Positions 1 to 9,900 of a stretch of DNA of 64,000 nt are shown here, piece after piece. The notes beneath the pieces were generated by a model. The model saw nothing but the letters and a program-made list of their open reading frames with translations. It searched no databases and was not told the origin of the DNA. Each line of letters opens with the position of its first letter. The first letter of the stretch is position 1. The stretch covers positions 983,764 through 1,047,763 of the forward strand of contig CAVROI010000003.1 of NCBI GenBank assembly GCA_963722825.1, in the 5' to 3' direction. The translations under genes and the position numbers were made by a program. This stretch comes from an uncultured Gemmatimonadales bacterium (GTDB taxonomy: Bacteria > Gemmatimonadota > Gemmatimonadetes > Gemmatimonadales > GWC2-71-9).

Positions 1-773
1 GCTTCGAGCGGTTGGTCTGGGGTACAACCCCCAGCTCGCCGTCGAGATTGTAGCCCCAGCAATAGGCCTTGTCGTTCGTGGTGACCCCACAGGTAAAGCC
101 GCCACCCGCCGCCAGTCGTGCCCGCCGAGCACTCGTGCGGGGAGGGTCTGGTCCGTGGTAGGGTCGGTGCCGAGCTTGCCGAAGCTCCTGCCTCCCCAGC
201 AGAAGGCCACGTTGTTCGGGTTCACGGCGCAGGTGTGGAGCGTCCCGGCCCGCACCAGCACGAAGCGCCGTCCACCGCCGACCGCTGTCGGAGTCGAGCG
301 GTCGGTGAAGGTGCCGTCTCCCAGCTTGCCGCCCCCCTCATAGCTGCCGCCCGGGGCCCCCGTCTCGCCGCTGTTGTTCCCCCAGCAGTAGGCGCGATTC
401 TGCGCCGTCACGGCGCAGGTATGGTAGGCGCCGGCGCTCACCTGCACGAAGACGAGCCCGCCCGACACGGCCGTCGGTACCAGGCGGCGATCATTGGTCC
501 CGTCGCCGAGCTGACCCCAGTCATTGCTGCCCCAGCAGTAGACCCGCCCGCTCGAGGTGAGCCCGCAAGTGTGAGAGCCGCCGGCGCTCACCTGGGTGAA
601 CGACAGCGTTTGGGCCGCGGCAGCCTCGGGCGCAGGTCCGCGCCGGGCGCGGCAGGGGATTCGGTGTCCTCCCCGCAGCCAGCCATCAGGACCAGCAGCC
701 CGGCGACGGCGACCCCGAGCCGGCCGGAGCGGCCCGCCCTGAACCGGTTGGCCAACAGCCGATGTGACCGCAT
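1..773 (-). pseudogene. RCC1-repeat lipoprotein; 3' end cut by window edge; reading frame broken at least twice
   Basis: ATG at 773 followed by lipoprotein-like signal (LLVLMAGC). Downstream translation shows RCC1-type repeats (VYCWGSNDWGQLGDG, AYCWGNN, FCWGG, AYCWGYNLDGELG), but they lie in three different frames, with shifts near 600-625 and 112-135. Paralog of the intact gene 48455..49621. Confidence 0.6.
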
Positions 774-956
774 GGAGGTTCCCCCAGTTGAATTGATGTG
801 GGCTGCATACTGGTCCAGCGCCGTCAAGCAGCTTTCAAGAGCCGGCGGGATGCCGATGAATGCCTTTGAGGCGGGAAGGCGCCCTGGCAGGATAGCCTGG
901 GAGATCTGAAGGTGCGGTGAAGAGATGGTGAGGGGGCCGCAGGCGAGCCGCGACCG

Positions 957-983
957 TGCGTCCTCTGCGTCCTCTGCGTCTAT
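957..983. repeat. Short tandem array of TGCGTCCTC (reverse complement of GAGGACGCA)
   Basis: tgcgtcctc tgcgtcctc tgcgtctat read directly. Same 9-mer family as 38982..39070 and 46532..46585. Confidence 0.7.
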
Positions 984-994
984 CTTTATCTCCC

Positions 995-2503
995 ATGAGC
1001 TCCCAGATCCTCATCACCATGGACGACATCGAGACCGCCGTGCGGCTCAACGCGGCGTTCGAGGCCGCGGGCTACTCCACCGCCATGTTCTCTTCGCTCG
1101 ACGACGCGCGGGGGACGGTGCGCCGGGAGAGCCCCGACCTCGTGATCCTGACCGGCGCGGTGCACGAGCCGCACGCGGAGCAGCTCGCGGCGCTGGCGCG
1201 CGACGCGGAGATCTCCACCCTCGCCCTCCTCGAGGCGACCGACTCCGAGCGCCCCGACCGGGTCGGCCGGCTCGGCGTCACCGAGACGATGATGAAGCCG
1301 GTGGCGCAGGACGACGCGGTGGCCACGGCGCGCCGGCTCATCGAGCGGCGCGGGCTCCAGCAGCGGACCGGGATCGCCGGCGAGAGCGCGGCGATCCAGG
1401 AGGTGCTGGTCAAGATCGAGCAGATGGCCCCGGTCTCGAGCACCGTCCTCATCCAGGGCGAGAGCGGCACGGGCAAGGAGCTGGTCGCCAAGGGGATTCA
1501 CGATCTCTCGCCCCGGCGGGGCAAGCCGTTCATCGCCGTCAACTGCTCGGCGCTGCCGGACACGCTGCTCGAGTCGGAGCTGTTCGGGCACGAGAAGGGC
1601 GCCTTCACCGGCGCCGCGGAGCGGAGGCTCGGCCGGTTCGAGCTGGCCGACGGCGGGACCATCTTCCTCGACGAGATCGGCGAGATTCCCGCCAGCACCC
1701 AGGTCAAGCTCCTGCGCGTGCTCGAGAGCCGGACCTTCTTCCGGGTGGGCGGCGTCCAGCCGATCAAGGTGGACGTGCGGGTGGTGGCCGCCACCAACCG
1801 CTCGCTCCGCGACGCCGTTGCGATGGGCGAGTTCCGGGACGATCTCTACTACCGGCTCAACGTCCTCAACATCTACCTCCCGCCGCTGCGGGAGCGCCGG
1901 GAGGACATCCCGCTCCTGGTCCGCCGGTTCGTCCGGGCGCTGGCCAGGGAGCACGATCGCACCTTCCGCGGGATCCTGCCGGAGGCGATGGAGCGGCTGG
2001 TGAACGCTCCCTGGCCGGGCAACGTGCGGCAGCTGCGCAACCTGATCGAGTCCATGGTGGTGCTGGCCCACGGCGCCGAGATCCGGGCGTCGGACATCCC
2101 GAGCGACATCCTGGAGGGGGCGGGCAGCCTCCTGCCGGTCAGGCTCCAGACGCCGGGCGTGCGGGAGCTACCCGGGCAGGAGCTGGAGTTCATCCTCAGG
2201 AGCCTGGTGGAGCTCAAGCTCCAGGTGGAGGAGCTGAGGCGGCGGCTGGACCAGCACCCGCAGCGCGTCCAAGTCATTGACTTGTCGGATCATGCGACCG
2301 TGGCCGACGTCCTTCCCGACGGCGACCGCGACGGCGACGGGCCGGTGGTGTACCGGAGCGGGATGACGATGGCCGAAGTGGAGAAGGCCACCATCGAGGC
2401 GGCCCTGCGGGAGTACCGCGGCAACCGGCGGCGGGCTGCCGAAATACTAGGCATTGGCGAGCGCACCCTGTACCGAAAGATTAAAGCCTATCACCTGGAA
2501 TGA
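995..2503 (+). CDS. sigma54-dependent transcriptional activator (NtrC family) with atypical receiver domain
   Basis: ORF 956..2503; ATG at 995 (MSSQILITMDD) preferred. Walker A GESGTGKE, sigma54-contact motif GAFTGA, C-terminal Fis-type HTH (AAEILGIGERTLYRKIK). Receiver-like N-terminus has Thr (DLVILTG) where the phospho-acceptor Asp is expected. Confidence 0.9.
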   Translation: MSSQILITMDDIETAVRLNAAFEAAGYSTAMFSSLDDARGTVRRESPDLVILTGAVHEPHAEQLAALARDAEISTLALLEATDSERPDRVGRLGVTETMMKPVAQDDAVATARRLIERRGLQQRTGIAGESAAIQEVLVKIEQMAPVSSTVLIQGESGTGKELVAKGIHDLSPRRGKPFIAVNCSALPDTLLESELFGHEKGAFTGAAERRLGRFELADGGTIFLDEIGEIPASTQVKLLRVLESRTFFRVGGVQPIKVDVRVVAATNRSLRDAVAMGEFRDDLYYRLNVLNIYLPPLRERREDIPLLVRRFVRALAREHDRTFRGILPEAMERLVNAPWPGNVRQLRNLIESMVVLAHGAEIRASDIPSDILEGAGSLLPVRLQTPGVRELPGQELEFILRSLVELKLQVEELRRRLDQHPQRVQVIDLSDHATVADVLPDGDRDGDGPVVYRSGMTMAEVEKATIEAALREYRGNRRRAAEILGIGERTLYRKIKAYHLE

Positions 2504-2565
2504 TTTAGCCAATTGACCCCGCCAAAGGTAGGGCTCGCTAAGTTGTACTGTATCATAACTTTGCA

Positions 2566-4332
2566 ATGATTCTTCCTATTGACAGCCCTCCGCCCGGCCG
2601 TCAAATTGCAGTAGAGTCCCTCCTCTATTGCGGCCAGGCCAACTTGAACTTCGTCATCGACGCCGAACTCTGTGTCGCGTGCCTGGCGTGTGTCCGGGTC
2701 TGCCCTACCGATGCCATCGCGGTAGCGGGAGACGAGCCGTTGCTGTTGCAGGTCGTCGACGATTCGTGCATTCGGTGTGGCCAGTGCGTGCCGGCCTGTC
2801 CCCACGGCGCGGTCAAGGTAAATGGCGAGATCGGGCGGGCGCTCGCAATCGTCTCGCAGGGCGAAGGGGTGCTCATCCTGAGCCCCGAGTCCGTCGCCCA
2901 TTTCTATCCCGCCACTCCCGAGCAGCTCATCAACGCGTGTTACGCCGCCGGCTTCCGCGCGGTCACCCGCGGCGTGATCGGCGATGAACTCGTTGCGGCC
3001 GAATACCTTAAACTCTGGGAAGACGAGCCGTGGGGCACCCTCATCCGCTCCACCGATCCGGTGGTGGTGGAGACGGTCCGCTCGCAGTATCCCGAGCTGG
3101 TGCCCTATCTCGCTCCGGTCACGGTGCCTGCCGTCGCGGAGGCCCGATATCTGCGAGCGCAGCATGGTCCGGGACTCAAGATCGCGTGCGCGGGCACCTG
3201 TCCGCCGGTCAACAGTCCCGATCTCGACGCGGCCATCACGTTCGGCGATCTGGAGCAGCTCTTCCAGATCCGTGGAGTCTCGGTCCTCTCGCAGCCCACG
3301 CTGTTCCTGCGGGTCCCGGAGGAGCGGCGGCGGCACCTGAGCGCGGCCGGGGGCCTGCCGCTGGCGCTGCTGGAGGAGTCGCGGCAGTCGAGCCGCCGCT
3401 TCCGGAAAATCCGCGGTCTCGACGCGCTCAAGGCGGTGGCCCGGGCGGTGGGGGTGGACCGGCTCGATCTCGGCTTCGTGGACATCCTGTCGAACGAGGG
3501 CGCGCTCGACCATCCGCTGTCGGGTCCACCGCAGGAGCTGTACTGGCGGCGGGAGCTGCTGCGCAGCGTCGAGGCTCCGCGGAGCCGGAGCCCGGTGCTC
3601 GACCGCACGGTGGTGGCGAGCATCGGGGCCACGTTCGCGATCAAGCCGAGGCGGGTGCAGGCCGATCCCGACGTGATCGAGGGCATCCTCGACGCCATCG
3701 GCAAGGGCCCCAACGGGCGGCCCTGGGACTGCCGGGCCTGCGGGTTCGAGACCTGCCAGCGCTTCGCCGAGGCGGCGGCGCTGGGCCGGGCCTCGATGCG
3801 GCAGTGCAGCCCCTACCAGGAGCGTCGGGCGGACGAGGCCCAGCGGTCGGCGGCGGTGGACGAGATGACGGGGCTCTCGACCTACCGGGTGCTGCGCGAC
3901 CGGCTGGCGTTCGAGGTGGAGCGGAGCAAGCGGAGCGCCGAGGGGTTCGCGGTGCTCTTCATCGACCTCGACCGGTTCAAGGAAGTCAACGACCAGTACG
4001 GGCACGAGGCGGGCAACGACATCCTGCGCGCCGTGGCCGACGAGATCAGGACGGCGGTCCGCGCGTCGGACGTGGCGGCGCGCTACGGGGGCGACGAGTT
4101 CGTCGTGATCCTGACCCGGACCGACCTGGAGGGTGGGGCCCGCGTGGCCGAGGCGCTGCGGGCGGGTATCGAGGGTGTGGGCCGCCGGCTGGGGTACCCG
4201 CCGTCGCTCATCACGGTGAGCGTCGGGCTGGCGGAGTTCGATCCGGCGCAGCCGTCGGATGGAGACCTGCTGGTGGCGGCCGACCGGGCGCTGTACCGGG
4301 CCAAGGCCGCGGGCAGGAACGTGGTGGCGTGA
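2566..4332 (+). CDS. Fe-S cluster / [FeFe]-hydrogenase-like sensor domain fused to GGDEF diguanylate cyclase
   Basis: Two CxxCxxCxxxCP motifs (CVACLACVRVCP, CIRCGQCVPACP). Middle region resembles the Fe-hydrogenase large-subunit C-terminal domain. CRACGFETC Fe-S motif. C-terminal RYGGDEFVV with RASD five residues upstream (I-site-like). Confidence 0.85.
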   Translation: MILPIDSPPPGRQIAVESLLYCGQANLNFVIDAELCVACLACVRVCPTDAIAVAGDEPLLLQVVDDSCIRCGQCVPACPHGAVKVNGEIGRALAIVSQGEGVLILSPESVAHFYPATPEQLINACYAAGFRAVTRGVIGDELVAAEYLKLWEDEPWGTLIRSTDPVVVETVRSQYPELVPYLAPVTVPAVAEARYLRAQHGPGLKIACAGTCPPVNSPDLDAAITFGDLEQLFQIRGVSVLSQPTLFLRVPEERRRHLSAAGGLPLALLEESRQSSRRFRKIRGLDALKAVARAVGVDRLDLGFVDILSNEGALDHPLSGPPQELYWRRELLRSVEAPRSRSPVLDRTVVASIGATFAIKPRRVQADPDVIEGILDAIGKGPNGRPWDCRACGFETCQRFAEAAALGRASMRQCSPYQERRADEAQRSAAVDEMTGLSTYRVLRDRLAFEVERSKRSAEGFAVLFIDLDRFKEVNDQYGHEAGNDILRAVADEIRTAVRASDVAARYGGDEFVVILTRTDLEGGARVAEALRAGIEGVGRRLGYPPSLITVSVGLAEFDPAQPSDGDLLVAADRALYRAKAAGRNVVA

Positions 4333-4365
4333 TCCCTCATCGCCGTAACCGTAAGGAATAGCATC

Positions 4366-5112
4366 GTGACTGGATTCGGCTCCCGACAGACCCATCCACC
4401 GACCGACTCGGCCGGTCGTCCCACCCCGCCCGAAGGCATCCCCGATCCGTGGGGTGTCCGGCGCGCGGAGAATCTTCTCACCAGCCTCGAGGGCATCCTC
4501 TCGGCGCGGGTGGTCACCACGCCGCTGGGCGAGGTGAGCGAGGTGCACATCCTGGCCCAGGCGGGCCTGGCGCCCAAGCAGCTGGTCCGGAACATCGAGA
4601 GCGCGCTCCTGGCGCAACTCGGTCTCAAGATAGATCATAGGAAGATCAGCATCGCCCAGACGGCCGAAGTGCGGCCCATCGAGGCGCTGGAGCGCGACGC
4701 GGTGCGCGACCGGGTGCTCCAGCGCGCGCTGCTCTTCGAGAATCTCGCGGTCGCGCCGGGGCAGCGGCCCCACCGGCTGCTGATCACGGTCACGCTGAGC
4801 TACCGGGGGCAAACCGAGACGGCGGAGGAGGAGGCGTCGGACACGCCGCGGAGCCGGGTGGAGGGCGCGGCCCGGGCGTCGATCTCGGTGCTCGACCGGC
4901 TGCTCACCGAGTCGTCGGTGGCGCTGGAGGGGGCCAAGATCGTGGAGGCGTTCGACCGGGAGTTCGCGTTCGTGGCGGTGCAGGGGCTGGGCGGGCGCGA
5001 GACCATCCTGATGACGGGCACGTCGGAGATCAAGGAAAGCGCGGAGCGGGCGGCGGTGTTCGCGGTGCTCGACGCCACCAACCGGTGGACGGAGGCGCGG
5101 CGGCCGGGCTGA
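4366..5112 (+). CDS. hypothetical protein (248 aa), no domain recognised
   Basis: GTG start with AAGGAA about 10 nt upstream. Only 33 nt after the GGDEF gene, on the same strand. Non-repetitive, plausible composition. Confidence 0.6.
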   Translation: MTGFGSRQTHPPTDSAGRPTPPEGIPDPWGVRRAENLLTSLEGILSARVVTTPLGEVSEVHILAQAGLAPKQLVRNIESALLAQLGLKIDHRKISIAQTAEVRPIEALERDAVRDRVLQRALLFENLAVAPGQRPHRLLITVTLSYRGQTETAEEEASDTPRSRVEGAARASISVLDRLLTESSVALEGAKIVEAFDREFAFVAVQGLGGRETILMTGTSEIKESAERAAVFAVLDATNRWTEARRPG

Positions 5113-5468
5113 ACGAACGGATGGAATGAGCCGATAATGTGAAGGGGGTATACAGGGTCGGGTTGCAGCGGACCAAACCCACTCAGGAAAGGAAAAAAAG
5201 GTAAGGGGATCCCGGTCTCTGTTGGAAGTTGGAAGCAGGACATAGCGGAGACTAGCGGACAACTGATTGAGCGGAGCGTCTGGTGGGCCATAGCGAGGCT
5301 TGCCACTTCCCGAAGTTCTAGTTCTCTCCAGGGGGGTGACGCTCATGTTAAAGATCAGCTTGATCCAATCGATTGCCTACGTGATTGCCGGTTTGTTTGG
5401 CAAGCCCGAAGGCCAGACCTGGGGCTAAGGGTCTGCGGGACCGGGGTTCCTCTCCTTCTCTGACCGCC

Positions 5469-6860
5469 ATGACACGTGATGCGCGTACACGATTGTTTGT
5501 GGGGTCTGTTACTGCATTGGCCGTCGTCCTTGCGGGCGCTGCCTACCTGACTTCGTTCCCCTTCCCTGGTTGGTGGGCGCTCGGGAGTTTCATCCTGGTC
5601 GCTTTTGTCTTGGAGACTCTCAACACCCAGCTTCGAATCCAGGCTAAGGGTTCCACCTCGTTCATAATGCACATTGCCGCAGGCCTCCTGTTTGGAGGAT
5701 TCTGGAGCGGCATCATCGCAGGCGTTTCCACGCTACTGGGTGAGCTCGCGCGGGGAAACCAGCCGATCAAGCTGGTTTTCAATGTCTCTCAGCGAATCGT
5801 TGCCGTGGTGACAGCGGCCCTCCTGTATACATCGCTCGGTGGCCAACTCCCTCCCAGTTATCTCTCACCAAGTGTTACGCTTTCCGCAGATGCAGTTCAG
5901 AGAGATCTAGGCCTATTCTTTCTCTTCGCGGCGACTTACTTCCTGTTGAATTCAGTTCTCGTTAGCCTCGTGGTCACAATCACGTCTGAGCGATCCTTCC
6001 GCGAAGTTTGGAGCCTGAACACGCGTGGCGTCCTCGGATACGACATCGGGGCTAGTGTCATTTCGCTGCTGGTCGCTTGGCTCTACACGTCGACGCAACG
6101 CTGGATTGGCTTTGGGCCTATCGGCCTAATCGGGGTCGTCATACCGGTGGTCGCTGTGCGACACGTATACGGCTTGTATCATCAACTGCAAGAGAGCGGC
6201 GAAGAACTCCTCCAGCTCATGGTGAAGGCAATCGAAGCTCGTGATCCTTATACATCTGGCCATTCCCTGCGCGTACGGCAGCTCTCGCGCGCGATCGCCG
6301 CCGAGCTCGGCCTTTCGGCGAAGGAGATCGACCAAGTTGAAACGGCGGCGCTATTACATGACGTTGGAAAGATTCACGAGGAGTTCGCGCCACTGTTACG
6401 AAAGGACAGCCGGCTCACTCCAGAAGAGACCATTCTGATGCAAACGCACTCTACTAAGAGTGCTGAGCTCGTCGGTGTGATTTCAAAGTTTCGGGGATTC
6501 ATCGAAGATTGCGTGCGTCATCACCACGAGAGGTGGGACGGTCAGGGATATCCGCTTGGCCTCGCGGGCAAGCACATTCCGCTTGGCGCCCGAATAATTC
6601 TTATTTCGGACACCATAGACGCCATGACCACTGACAGGCCCTATCGTAAGCGCCTTGGCCTCGACATCGTTATAGCCGAGCTTCAAAAATACCGGGCTCA
6701 GCAGTTTGATCCTGATATCGTGGACGTTGCAGTGTCTTCAGTCGCTGTTCGGAGAATCATCGTCGGGCCACAGATCGGGACCGAGATGCCGATAACCAGT
6801 CCAAACTCAAAGAAGCTGACATGGCCGACTGCCGGGCTGTGGAAAGCTCGCCGGGCCTAG
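5469..6860 (+). CDS. multi-pass membrane HD-GYP domain phosphodiesterase (c-di-GMP)
   Basis: About 250 aa of hydrophobic TM segments, then HD-GYP signatures HDVGK and HHERWDGQGYP. ATG 5469 preferred over the ORF-track start 5385, whose extension is Pro/Arg/Gly-rich. Confidence 0.85.
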   Translation: MTRDARTRLFVGSVTALAVVLAGAAYLTSFPFPGWWALGSFILVAFVLETLNTQLRIQAKGSTSFIMHIAAGLLFGGFWSGIIAGVSTLLGELARGNQPIKLVFNVSQRIVAVVTAALLYTSLGGQLPPSYLSPSVTLSADAVQRDLGLFFLFAATYFLLNSVLVSLVVTITSERSFREVWSLNTRGVLGYDIGASVISLLVAWLYTSTQRWIGFGPIGLIGVVIPVVAVRHVYGLYHQLQESGEELLQLMVKAIEARDPYTSGHSLRVRQLSRAIAAELGLSAKEIDQVETAALLHDVGKIHEEFAPLLRKDSRLTPEETILMQTHSTKSAELVGVISKFRGFIEDCVRHHHERWDGQGYPLGLAGKHIPLGARIILISDTIDAMTTDRPYRKRLGLDIVIAELQKYRAQQFDPDIVDVAVSSVAVRRIIVGPQIGTEMPITSPNSKKLTWPTAGLWKARRA

Positions 6861-6922
6861 CGGCCCTTCATTGTCCCTGGCACGTGCTCAACTGCTCTCC
6901 GACACCCTATCTCCCCAAGTTG

Positions 6923-9900
6923 CTAACCAGGACCAGAAAGAATTTCTAGGCGCTGAAGGTGGTGCGTCACCCCTGGTGGAAGCGCTGACAGTTTTTCTTG
7001 GATCACCTCATCGAGGCCACTATTGCAGGAGCCAGTGCTTAGGTTGGCATATCGAATCGAACACAATATCTCCACTTGATCTAGAGCGTCGTAGTCCTCT
7101 ATTCTCTCGAGAAACCCCTCAAGCACGGTGATGGCATGATAGTGTTTGCCGGAGGCTCGGCAAGTCACAGCCAGCCAGCGCGAGAAGATGCCAGCGAAGG
7201 ATTGTGAAAGAAGCACCCCGCCAGAGGCGTCCATCTCCTCGGCCGCAATATTGATTGCCTCGGCGTGCCTTCCAGTTAGCCAAAGCACGTCCGCCCTGAA
7301 GAAATGCCACACTTGATGCATCCACCTGGGTATTCTGCCTACCATCCGCCGCTCAACCGAGGCCATTGCTTCATCTGCCTGACTTCGTCGTCCTCGGAGC
7401 GCATGACTTTGGGCAGAGAAGTAGGCTATTGTCAGGTCCGCCAAGCCAGCAAAGTCAACATTTCTCCCCATTGGGACCTGAGCCAGCCAGTAGGATTGAT
7501 CGTCAAGTCTTCCCAGTCGACCGCAGTACATGGCCAGATTGCCAATCACCAATGACGTCAATCCATCGTTTCCAAGGCGGACGGCCATCCTGAAGGCCTG
7601 CTCTTGAGCTACAAGGGCGTCTTGGTAGTTCCCCTTTCGCGAGTTAATAGCGCTCACTCCAATATGTAGCTGTGCCATAACGACGTTGGCAGCATTGCGC
7701 TTCTTCAATTGTTCGATTCCAGTGTTTACCTCAGCCAAGCTGGCGCTAGTCTGTCTGGCCTCGTATAGAATGATTCCCTTTGCAAGCGCGAGGAAACCCA
7801 CGCTGTCAGCATCCAACTCCTGCGCGGAGATCAAATTGACGACGTCAATTAGCGCTGCTGCTCTTGTCTTGTCGCCACTCCCTGCCACCAAATGGGCCAT
7901 CGCACGAGCTGCTCGTGCCCTAACCCTGTTGACTTGGGAATGCTGTACGATGGAGATGAGGTCGGGCAGGCGTTCGAGCATCTCGTGTGCTGTTGAAGCC
8001 CCTAAGTTTGCCTTACCCATGATGGTGTGCACCAAGTGCTCGTCGGCTCGCTCCGTGCCCTTTCGCTTCTCGAGCTCGGTTAGCATATCCAACGACTCCA
8101 ACCATCTCCCCTGCTCCTGGAGCACCTCCACTAGTAAGAACCGTGCGTCCGTGGCCTCCGGCTCGCCGAGTCCCGGGAGCGCGCTCGAGAGCGCGTGCTC
8201 TGCCACATCGGGGGCGCCATTCCGAATCGCATCTCGGGCGCCGCTCAATAAGTAGGGTGTCGCCTCGTGGTCCCGCCCCGCCCGAATGCAGTGCCAAGCA
8301 ATCTCTAACCCCGACGCCGTCTCGCTCTGGTGCTGGTCGCTGAGCAAGCGATCCACAACACTCGAGTGCAGTGCTCGCCGGAGCGACGACGGAACGGCGG
8401 CGTAAGCGCTAGCGCGAATCAGCTCGTTCACGAACTCCATGCCGTCACTGCCATCCCGAAGAACTCGACGCGCCGACAGATCGCTCAGGCCCGCCATCGT
8501 CTGGCCGAGCGACAGATCGATCAACCCATACATCGAGAGATCATTCAGCCGGTGGCCGAGGACCGCGGCAAGATTGAGAACGTTATGGGCATTATGATCC
8601 AGGGACCGAACGATCCTCGCGATGATGTGGCGGTAGGCTGCCGTAGGCTCTGTACCGCCCTCTAGGTCCGCTGTCATGGCGTCCACTGCTAGCGCGATCG
8701 ATTGGTCTCCGTTGGCCTGCCAATCCTGTATTAGCAGCTCGAGGACCATTGGGAACCCGCCGGCGGCCCGCAGCAGTGCTCGCCTTGTCGACGCGCTCGG
8801 CTGGGGCCCTTCTGGGGGCACCAGAGCCGCCAGCAGGTCGGCGCTCTCCCCCCGGCTCAATGGCGCCAGATCAATCTCGTGGATGCCGAGGCTTTCGCTG
8901 CTCTCGCGCAGCCGCGCGGCCTTCGGCGAATTGGCGAGCTCACCCGGCCGCGCGATCAGCACCACCATGATCATCTGTCCCCGCGCTCGCCGCATGACCA
9001 GATGCAACACTGCTAGACTTGCTTCGTCGGCGAGGTGCACGTCATCAAGCACTAGTATTACAGGGTGTTCCTCCGCGATCGTCGCCAGCATCTCGTGAAA
9101 TGCCTCGGTCAGGCGAATCCTCGCGGTTTCTCCCTGGCTGTCCGTCGAATCGGGAAGTCCCGGGAATCTGCGACGTACCTCCGGCACGGTGCGCGCGATC
9201 TCCGCAAGCACCTCCGGTGGCGTCGCCGACACTCCCGGCCGATCGAGAAGGCCCTGAATCAGGCTTCCGACCGTCGAGTACGGGATGTCGCGCTCTAGAT
9301 CATACGACTGGACGCGACTGATGGCCGCTCCCTCGAGCGCGGCTGCGGCGGTGAGCCGAAGGACCAGCGTGCTCTTACCGATGCCCGAGTCGCCGAGCAC
9401 GAAGGCGTGCGCCGGAATGCCCTTTCGAAGTCCTTCCCACGCCTCATAGAGGACACGGTGTTCAGCGGTCCTGCCGATAAACGGACGGGCCTTCAGTTGA
9501 TCCGGGGGAGCGGAAGGGATATCCGCGATCGGCGTGCGTTCCCATCCACGCCGCCGCAATCGTGTTGCCATTCCTTCGAGCTGGTCGGAGGGAACCGCCC
9601 CGAGTTCGGTGGCCAGCCGGGCCTTCCATAGCTCGAAGATCTTTAGCGCGCCCACCCGATCACCCGCAAAGGCGCGCGACTCCATCTTTGCGCGGATCGC
9701 TTCCTCACTCAGCTCGTCCAGCGTCAGCATGCGATCGGCGAGTTGCTCGATCTGCCTTGAGTCGCCGGTGCGACGGCATCGGTCGATCAGGAGGACCAGC
9801 GCGTCCTTGATCGCCGGGAGGAGCCGAGCCTGCTGGCGGTCCTTCCAGATGGAGAACTCGCTGGCATCGGGAATCTCGAAGCCGTCGAGAAAATTGGAGA

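Noticed and set aside
118-909. 263-aa plus-strand ORF at the window start
   Set aside because: It lies antisense to recognisable RCC1 repeats on the minus strand, and its composition is Ala/Gly/Arg/Pro-rich with no motifs.
2504-2565. sigma54 promoter upstream of the GGDEF gene (ctgtatcataactttgca)
   Set aside because: The -12 TTGCA-like element is present, but the -24 GG is missing (TGT) and the spacing is off by one. This is not a supportable call.
2491-5346. 951-aa minus-strand ORF spanning the GGDEF gene and its neighbour
   Set aside because: It lies antisense to genes with clear domain signatures. The translation is Arg/Pro/Gly/Ala/His-rich low-complexity sequence typical of shadow ORFs in high-G+C DNA.
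5113-5468. 356-nt spacer before the HD-GYP gene examined for a c-di-GMP riboswitch or other ncRNA
   Set aside because: I could not recognise GEMM-type conserved segments or a tRNA-like structure by eye. A covariance-model scan would be needed.
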